Part shown: positions 54,096-64,000 of the stretch, one piece after another
Layout of the letters: every line of letters begins with the position of its first letter
Numbering within the stretch: position 1 is the stretch's first letter
Assembly (NCBI GenBank): GCA_013239625.1
Contig: MU053472.1
Location: forward strand, 1,629,236 to 1,693,235
Origin: Lama guanicoe
Lineage: Eukaryota
Reading direction: 5' to 3'
DNA length: 64,000 nucleotides
Made by a program: the position numbers and the translations under genes
Notes under the pieces: model-generated
The model's database searches: none
The model's input: the letters and a program-made list of their open reading frames with translations, nothing else
Told to the model about the DNA's origin: nothing

Positions 54096-54726
54096 TACAG
54101 TAAAATAATATATTACTACTGTTAGTTATATGGCATTTTAATAGATAGTTTCTTTGGAAATATGTTTCCTTTTTAAAATTTCAATCTGACTATTGCTTAA
54201 ATCACATTTAGGCCTTTGTAAACAACCTTTTTTGCTTACCATTTATAAATTAATATTTGAAATGCTGTTTATGTAATAATTTACACTTTTAAATTTACCT
54301 ATAGCATATGCCAGAATATTGGTGAACATATTTTCCCATTATTATTTTTAAAAGCAAGTGACTTTATTGAAGATTAATTTGAAGTATTTTAATAAGAACT
54401 TTTCCTCACAATGTAAGAATTAGAAAAAATTATTTCTGAATGTGTGTCTAATATAGATAATTTTTGAAATGTCCATGTAATCTGGATGACTTATTCTGGC
54501 GCCAGTGATTAGATCTTCTATGAATCACATAAACATTGTTTTAGCTTTCTTCCCTTCAGACAAAAAAAGAAAAAAACCTGATACTTAACATTATTGTTTG
54601 TTAATGCGTATGAAAGTAATCAGATGATGAAATTCATATAAAAGAAAAAATACACATGAATTATTAGTTTTATCTATTTATTTAAATGAAGTGGAACTGA
54701 AATGTTATAAAACATCTTAAGTTGTA

Positions 54727-54874
54727 TTTTTATTTTTTTTAGAGGGGTAGTAATTAGGTTTGTTTGTTTGATTGTTTGTTTGTTTATTTATTTTTTAGTG
54801 GAGGTACTGGGGATTGAACCCATGACCTCCTGCATGCTAAGTATTCACTCCACTGTTAAGCCATAACTTCCCCC
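54727..54874 (-). mobile_element. tRNA-Ala-derived SINE with (tttg)n linker
   Basis: gtaattaggtttgtttg...ggaggtactggggattgaacccatgacctcctgcatgctaag. Confidence 0.87.
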
Positions 54875-55497
54875 TTATCTTTAATTAAATTGTTTTCTGT
54901 TACCAGAGAGCTAGTTTTGTATGATACTTCATTCATCCAGTGATAAGTAGCTTAGATGGAGACTGTATTTTCTATATGCCAAATCTAGATGTAGAATATT
55001 ATGTAACATCATATTGTATATTTAATTTGGAAGCAAATTATTTCCCGCAGAGGGATTCTACCAATGCCTCAGTCTTTTTCATGCTAAAAAGTAGACTTAT
55101 AAAAAATAGTTTTAAAATATTAAAAAAAGAACAGCACATAGTTTCTACTTTTTACTCTGTCACGTGTTTTAAGTTATGTGCATTGAGGAGAGGGGGCAAA
55201 AATAAATATTTCTTATGAAATATCCTTATGTGAAACAAAGCTCTTTTGTTATTTATCTATGGCTTTATTCTCACCATGCTGACTTTGTAGACTCTAGTGA
55301 TATCAAACTAACACCGATTTTCTAAATTTAAGATCATATGAAAAGTCATACTGATTTTTCATGATGATGCACCGCTACATAGAAGCTTGTTAAGAGAATA
55401 AAGAATTTAATACATATGAGAGTTAACAACGTGCGTATTTCCATTTAGATTCCAAATGCTGATGTGAAGTCATACATTTTTACCTTTCATTGTATAG

Positions 55498-55776
<279 letters not shown>

Positions 55777-57899
55777 TAATTTGGAATTCTGGAAACTGAG
55801 GTCATTTCAGGCTAGAATTTTTTTTTCCAAAAAATGATGAGTAACACTCTAAAACTTATTATTTCAAGCATAGTTAATGTATCCAACCTGAAGGTAAAAT
55901 TGAGGTTTTAAGGAATTCATCAGGACATTTGTTTCATAAATATGTAATCTCTTTATACTGTTCTGTCCATAATGTTTCTCTTTTTTTAAATGACACTTGT
56001 CATAAACTAAATCAGATTAATTATGACTAGTTATGATATTTATAAGTGCAAGTGTCTTTATTACACATACTTCCTTATATATGAATAAATACACAAAATC
56101 TCAAAACATATAGTGGAATACATAAATGGTAACAGCTTATTATAAAATCATATATCTTCAGATAAAGTGTATTTTTACAGGGTTCAGAAATACTTGGGAG
56201 TAATTATAAACATGGAAAAATATGCTATGCTTGTGTAAATCTTACTGGTAAGAAGCTAATTGGATTTTGTTTTCCTCCCCCATGCGCCCACTCCAAAGTA
56301 TTTTTTTTTAATCATAGTCTAGACTTTAAAAATACATTTCTGAAAGGAAGGCTATTGTAATAGTTTGTGATCATTGCTATAAATATGCAGTCTAAAATTT
56401 ATTGCTAGAATAAGATAGTAGAGCAACATTTGTGAAATAGTAATATATATATTGTGTATTTATAATTAGAAAAATAGAATATAAGATATATATATATTAT
56501 ATTTATATAGAATTTATATTCTGATTTAATTCTGTTTTCAGAACATAACTGTGTGAGCCTTTAAAACATTAACCCTAAATATTGTGTGTTCTTTTGAGGA
56601 AATCTGCTTCCAGTATATATGGTTGTACTTTTGATGAAAGATTGTGCTTGGCTGGTACTCATATACCAGTTCCTATAGTAAGATTAAGTGGCATTTCAAA
56701 AAAATATGGACTGTGCTGCAGTTAAAAGAGAAAAATTCTTTTGTTATTGAATCTGGCTGTTGTATTTTATGTAAAATCTGAATAATATAATTCTCCACCT
56801 TTCCCATCTTAACTTTGTGGTTAACCAAATATGTTACAGGCTTGTATTCTAGTTTAAAACTCTTTTTAATGAAGTGCTAGCAAACTTTTCAGTTGACTGT
56901 AATGACTTTTTTTTTTAAAAAAAGTTGTGTTAATTAGCTCAAGTTGATAGACACATACAAATGTTCTCTTTTTAAATTGGAATTAAATATATAAACCCTC
57001 AGTGTTTTATGAGTGTTAAAGTAAAAACTATTTTCTTTTGTCCTTTGATTCTTAATTAATTCACCTCTAAGGCCACCCACATTTACTGAGTAGTTAACAA
57101 CCCTTCTCAACATTGTCTAGTTTGGTGAGTATGAGTGAGTCTGTTAAATATCGAGCATTTGGTGACAGACAGATTTGTGGTCATTTAAAAGCAGAAAATT
57201 TATCTCATCTTATTTTTGATAAAATAGCAGTAGAACTCATTATTTTATTACATGTAAGTACAGGAACATGTAAGAAGAAAGATTTAAAATAATTTATATG
57301 AAAAGCGTAGTGTGAGTCTTTGCGTTTTCAAGTGCAGTTTGTTTTGGATTTTTTTTTTCGCCAGTCCTTTATTAACTTTTTATAACTTTAAAGTGGAATT
57401 CTCACACTCGGAATATGGAAATGGACTGTAGATTCTAGTTGCAAACTTCATTTTTCTGGGACAAATGCATTGTTAACACTGAAAAGAAGTAAAATTGTTT
57501 ATTAGGAAATAAGAGTCATAGAAATGTTAGCTTTTAAAAGTTAAAAAAAGTTAAAAAGTATTGCTCAACCAGAACATTTTTATCTTTTTCATTATTTGTA
57601 TTGGGAGCATAATCTCTTTTCATTCCTACTTATAATATTTTCTGAAATTTTAACTTGATTTAAAAAATCTAAGTCAGGAAATAAAGTGATAGTCAATAAA
57701 TGAGAAGTTGCTATGCACATTTTTAAAGAATTATAAATATTTTTTTAAAGGAACAAGATTTCTTCAGTGTGATACTGTCCTCCTTTCTTTTGTTAACGTG
57801 AATCTGTTTTTTGTCAAGAAGACATTTTTGTCTGTGATAAATAGTTCAGTTGGAGTACAGAGCTGTTTTTAGGCTATGCTGGATTGTATTAAAAAGACT

Positions 57900-58500
57900 G
57901 CAGTGGTTAATGTCATAGATTTATCACTTTTAGCCCTTTCCCACTGATGTTTGACCTTAGCTGTAATGTTTTTTTCTTTTCCATCTACATCTCAGGAGCT
58001 CACACTGTTCATTTTAGCTTTTTAAATCCATTGAGCCTTTAATAAAGATATTTTCATGTTTACAGTGATAGTGTATAAACTTTGACTCACTGTCTTTCTG
58101 ATGCTAAATTGATTAGTTTGATTTGATGGTGACAGGATCGCTGTGTGGTAACTGCATTAAAGGGGAATGGATTTGATTGACTTCGTCCATTTTTATCTGT
58201 GTCACTTTCATGTTTTATTTAAAAGCATTTTGTGGCTAGGATAAGTTAAGTGGTATAATTTGCCTTTACACATTTGTGTAATTGAAGTTAGCAAGGCAGC
58301 AAAGTCTCTAATCAAAGAAAAACGGTCCAGATCGTGATGACATAAACTTGAGCTATTTCTTTCCCTGAGTGCAGCTGTATACAAGTGTTATTCGTAATAA
58401 TTTAATGGTTCTTGAGGTGTTTTGTCTATCTTTTTGTTCATATGATAAAGGCCTGTTCATTTTGTATCAATTAAAGTGCTTTGCTTTGTTTTAATAAAGT
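57900..58500. promoter_or_regulatory. Candidate conserved intronic enhancer
   Basis: No recognisable repeat. Contains TGACTCA, TGATTTGATGG with adjacent TGACAG, TGATTGAC and ATCAAAG. Conservation not tested. Confidence 0.45.
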
Positions 58501-58849
58501 CAGGACAGTTACAACATATACTTAGGAGTTGAGCCTGTTAAGCAGTGAGTAAAAATTACATGTCTTAGGGCAACTGAATTGGGATGTCTCTGGTATTATT
58601 GATTTGATGTTTAGGAAAGGGGATGATACAATGGAGGGAATCCTTACAAAAGTATCTGGTTGTTATGTTGGTGAACCTCATAAAGAGAAGATTCAAAGAA
58701 TCCCATATAGTGGCATGAGGTTTTGCTGTGCACCAAGATTAATGAGCCTTTTTGCTGGATAGCTTCTGTACAAGTACCATCAAATAGAGTACTCAATACT
58801 AATTGTGTTGGAAAGAGAGATACAGGGTTATAATATATGGAAGGAAAGG

Positions 58850-61800
58850 GAATCTTATAAGATTGAGTTAAAATAGAAAACTGGGCAAAGGACAAATATT
58901 TCACAGAAAAATTAAAATATATCCAAATGGCATAAAATCTATAGACCTGACTTATTATTAAGAGAAAGACAAAATTATACCAAGATACCATTCGGTCACC
59001 TATCAGAATGAGGGAGATTAAAAAGCTTGGACTATACTCTACATTTTTAACTTTTAATTTTGAAATAATTGTAGACTCACACTGAGTTGCACACCCATGT
59101 GCCCATCACCCAGTTTCCTCCAGATTCCCCCAAATGGTGACATCTGATATAGCTGTAGCAAAATATCAAAACCAGGATGTTGGTGGTGGCACATTCTCTT
59201 AAGTAGGCTACAGACCTTCTTCAGCTCCCGCCATTTGTGTTACTTGCATTCACTTATGTGTGTATGCGGAATATTGAAAGAATTCCTATAAATCAATAAT
59301 AAATAGATAAATAGTCTTATTTTAAAATGAGCAAAGGATTTGAATAGACATCTTTCCGAAAATGATATGCCAATGGCCAGTAAGCAGAAATGAGAGCCCT
59401 CGTACACTGCTGGTGGGAATGTAAAATAGTGCAGTTTCACTTTGGGAAAGGAGTTATCCTATGACTTGGAAACTTATCTCCTCAAGATTTGCTCTTAGGT
59501 GATAAAACAGTCAAGAGAAATGGAAATATACGTTCATATAAAAACTTGTACATGAATGTTCATAGCAGCATTATTCATAATAGACAAAAAATAGAAGCAA
59601 CCCAAGTATGTATCAACTGATCAATGGATGTTTAAATAAAATGTGGCATATATATAGAATGTATTATTATTTAGCAATAAAAAGAAATGGACTGATTCAT
59701 GCTAGAAAATGGATGAACCTTCAAAATATTATGTATATTGAAAAAAGCCAATCACAAAAGAACACATACTGTATGAATCTATTTATATGAAATGTCCAGA
59801 ATAGGCATATCTATAGAAAGAGAAAATAATTATGGGTTGCCTAGGGCAGGGAGTTTAGAGGGAATTGGGGAATGAGCGGTGACTGTTAATGGTTATGGAG
59901 TTTATTTTGGGTGATGAAAATGTTCTAAATTTGATGATTGTAATGGTCACTCAACTCTGTGAATGTACCATATATCCTAAAGCAAGTCCTTAGTATATTT
60001 AGCAAACTTGGTTGAATTCACTTTCTTGGAACCTGCTCCTGTGACTTCTTTTTCTTATTGTTCTCACCTAACGTTTTTGAAAGACGAATGGAACAGTGGA
60101 AAAGAGAGATTAGAGAAGTAATTTATAATGCATATTTCCCCCTCAACTGTGGTAAAATGTAAAATGTACATAACATGAAATTTGCCATTTAGCCATTTTT
60201 AAGTTTACCATTCAGTGGCATTAAGTGTATTCACAATGTTGTACAACCGTCACTGCTGTCCCTGTCCAGAACTTTTCATCATCTGTACCCATTTAATAAT
60301 AATTCCCCACCCCCCTGTCCCAATACTTCCTGGCAGCTACCATTCTGACCTCTGACATCTCCAAAAGATTGCCCGTAATTAAAAAGACATACAATACAAA
60401 TTGTTGGAAAGGATGTGGAGAGACTGGAGATCTCATACTTGTGGACATATGAAAGTATCTACCTTGGAAAATAATTTTGCTGCTTCTTCAAAAGGTCAGC
60501 GTACATTTACCATATGACTGAGCAAATCTACTTCTAGGTATCTCCTCGAGAAGTTTAAAAACATGTTCACAAAAAAAAAAGATGTGTATGCAGATATTCA
60601 TAACAGCATTGTGCATAATAGCAATCAATTTGACATTATTCAGATTGCCAAGAACTGATCAATGAACCCACATGATGTAGTATCTCCATACAGTGGAATA
60701 CAAGTAAGCAACGTAAAGAAATGAATGATACCTGAAATAACATGGTTGAACCAAAAAAGTGAAAGAAATGGAAGATAAATCTCATGATTATACAAAAAAT
60801 TTTGAAAAATTTTAGAAAAGGTGAAAGAAGGATTTCAGGGATTGCCTGTGATTTAGGGCTGGTGATCTACTGTGAACTCATTATGAAGAAATTTTAGGGG
60901 TGTTGGAAGTATTATAAATCTACAATGTGGTAATGATGACACTACTATATTAAGTACTATCCACTAATATTTAAAATGGTTGATTTGTTGGCATAAATTT
61001 AGTGATATTTGGAGAATGACTCCCACCTATGGTGAAATGAAAAAGCAATCAAATCCTTTCTCCAGAAAATAAGCACATTACTGGATAGGATTTTCAAAAA
61101 TAACTACTTGGGCACACTGGAAATTGACCAAAAGCTAAGATGATGCTCTTATCCACATCTCCCTGGAGCTTGGTGAGTGTGATAGTTTTACCAGACCATT
61201 GTGAACAAAGCAGTTTCCCCTCTAGAGGAGGGGTTTGATTTGGAGTAGAAGATTAAAACTCAGGCCCAACAGTGTTTTCATTAAAAGTAGTAATCTTGGT
61301 AGTTGATAAATAGGGATAATAGGCAGTTCTGGTAGCCTGAGCTTGCAGTTCAATTTTGAAGAACAGAGAGGAAAAATTGATGAAATGTATGTTAGCTTTG
61401 GATTCTGCACATGTGACTTCTATTATATTGAGGTAGTGTCCATAGTTTCCATCCATTCCTAGTTTACTGAGTGTTTTTATCATGAATGTTGTTGAAGTTT
61501 GTCGAATGCTTTTTCTGCATTGGTTAATATGATCGTGTATTTTGTGCTTCAGTTTGTTAATGTGGTGTATGACATTAGTTGAGTTTTGTATGTTGAACCA
61601 TCCCTACTTTCCAAGTATAAATCTCACTTTTCATGGTGTGTGATCCTTTCAATGTGTTGTTGAATTTGGTTTCCTCCTGTTTTGTTTTGGATTTTTGCAT
61701 CATTATTTATCAGGGATATTGATTTATAGTTTTCCTTTTGACTTTCTCTTGTTTTGGTATGGCAATGAGGGCCTCAGAAATACAATCCATTTTATTTCTG

Positions 61801-62650
61801 TGACATCAGTGTAGTGGCTCCTCTTTCATGTCTAATTTTAGCCATTTGAATTTTCTCTCATTTTTTGTTGAGCATCTTTGCATATGCTTATTGAACATCT
61901 CTATATATTCTTTGGAGAAATGTTTATTAAAGTCCTATGCCCATTAATTGGATTTTTAAAAAATTACTGAGTTGTGGAAATTCCTTACTTATACTGTATG
62001 GTCTCCAAGAGATATTTACACACCTGTGTTCATTGTAACATTATTCACAGTACTCAGAGGGTGGAAGCAATTTAAATGTCCATCTCTAGATGAATGGATA
62101 AAGAAAAAGGTGGTATATCCATAGAATGTAATAATATTACACAGCCTTAAAAAAGAAGGAAATCATATGTTACAATGTGGTTGAACCTTGAGGATGTTAT
62201 GCTAAGGGAAATAAGCCAGTCACAGAAGTACAAATGCTAAATACTTTGTTTTATTTTGAATATCTAAAATAGTCAAAATCATAGAAACAGAAAGTAGACA
62301 GGTGGTTACCAAGGGTGGTAGGAGAGAGGAGGAAGAATTAGAGTTTAGTATGTATAGAGTTTTAGTTTTGCAAGATAAAAAAGTTCTAGAAATCTCTTAC
62401 ACAACAATGTTAATATACTTAATATTAATGTACTAAACTGAATACTTAAAAATCATTAAAATGGTAATTTAAAAAGATATACACACAAAAATTTTTGAAA
62501 AGTCTGTAGCTTGACTGAATTGCAGGTTTTAGCCAGAATAATAAGGCAAGAAAATGAAAGCATTAAGATAGGAAAGGATGACAAATCAGACATTTCTATA
62601 TAATGGATTATTGTAAAGGTTATAGTACTGTATAAAATCATTAAATTGTA
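58850..62650. mobile_element. Cluster of nested L1 fragments in both orientations (L1MA/MB/MC-like)
   Basis: Sense 3' ends at ~59270-59970, ~60370-61000 and ~62000-62490. Antisense pieces at ~59040-59260, ~60140-60360 and ~61420-61990. Confidence 0.8.
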
Positions 62651-63417
62651 AACTTTTTAAAATAAAATAAGCAACTTTTATAACATGTAAATTGTACCTC
62701 TGTATAGCTTAAAAGAAAAGTTAACATGGCTGTATAGGACTACTTCTTAGATTATTTCAAATTAAATTAATCATGTCAGAATATCATGATCCAGTATCCG
62801 TATAGTAGGTTTTCCCTTTCAAACATTAGATATGTGAAACTTTTTTGTTTCTTGAGTTAAAGTCTAGGAATCATTGAACAGTACAGTCACAAAGGGCACA
62901 TTGTAGGGAATGTAAATTATGTTTCAATATGCTTACAAGAAAATTAAGGGGAATAAATTTGAGATACAAAACTCCTTGTCTAATATATACTTCTGCTTGG
63001 TAATAGCATTTTCAAAGAAGTAATGTGTCCATCTAAAACCTAGGAGCTAAAGACCTCTACTATATGGCTGTTTGTGTTTAACTTGTTATGTTGTTTTTCC
63101 CTGTTTTGTTCCAATCATGGGCAAGAATTTTTCAGCAGGCCATGACACAATAAAAACTCTTAGATAAAGCTCTCCATAGCTGATTTTATGTTTTTCGTTT
63201 TTTTCTGAACCTACACTTCAAGAAATTATTGTCTCTGTCATTTACAGTCAAGCCACACAATCTGCTGGAGGCATATTACATGTTTTTCTTATTCCTTAAG
63301 TGGTATTCTCACTTTATATTGCCAAGAATAATCTTACTCTTGTATGAGGAAGCATGTTATTTGTTCAGGGATGTAGTGGTATAGCTGTGTGTATCTTCAA
63401 GCTCAGTAATCGGTTAA

Positions 63418-63645
<228 letters not shown>

Positions 63646-63869
63646 TAAGTGGTTATTGAATGAGTGAATTTATAATACAAGTTTAGAAACTCCTTTAAAC
63701 ATTAGTTCACTTCTGAATAAAATGGTAATTGAGTAGTTGCAGTAGGTGAATAGCAGTGGTAAACAGTGCTGTTGAGTTGTGTTAGTTTGGTGGGTTTTGT
63801 TTTTCTGATGTTCATAAGGCATTTGTAAAGGGGAGATTTTATAGCAGTGTGGAATGTCCATTTTTTTCT

Positions 63870-64000
63870 CCAGACTTTTTATTGTGAAAGTTTAAAACAT
63901 AAAAATCGTAATGACCCATGTATGTCACCTTGATTAAACAGGTATTGACATTTTAATATAATGTGTGTGTGTGTATTTTGCTGAACCATTTGAATATAAA
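63870..64000 (-). mobile_element. Old L1 3'-end fragment (runs off the window)
   Basis: actttttattgtgaaagtttaaaacat...aatgacccatgtatgtcacc...gctgaaccatttgaa. Confidence 0.55.

Noticed and set aside
61420..62490. Possible twin-primed L1 inversion
   Set aside because: Could not identify shared TSDs or contiguous breakpoints. Equally explained by separate insertions.

Overview
AT-rich, CpG-poor mammalian genomic DNA lying entirely within the BCAS3 gene (+ strand). Six internal coding exons (108, 77, 77, 84, 171 and 94 nt) have canonical GT-AG boundaries and splice in frame to ...[203 protein letters not shown](G)..., part of the BCAS3 beta-propeller region (about exons 8-13 by recalled human numbering). 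The first 29 kb is one partial intron. The tRNA-Ala-derived SINEs and young L1 tails point to a camelid (camel/alpaca/llama); this is an inference. The rest is intronic repeat (L1, MIR, L2, MLT2, MER3/20/58), with families assigned from memory rather than by a search. Almost all ORFs in the supplied track are spurious. I found no convincing new multi-gene system. The most interesting signals are non-coding: repeat-poor, motif-dense blocks that look like developmental enhancers (BCAS3 neighbours TBX2/TBX4 in mammals), a twice-occurring CCATTA-N4-TAATGG palindrome, a run of four abutting hairpins, a 38-bp near-perfect palindrome, a 70-bp locally templated duplication, and very short L1 insertions with target-site duplications (TSDs).
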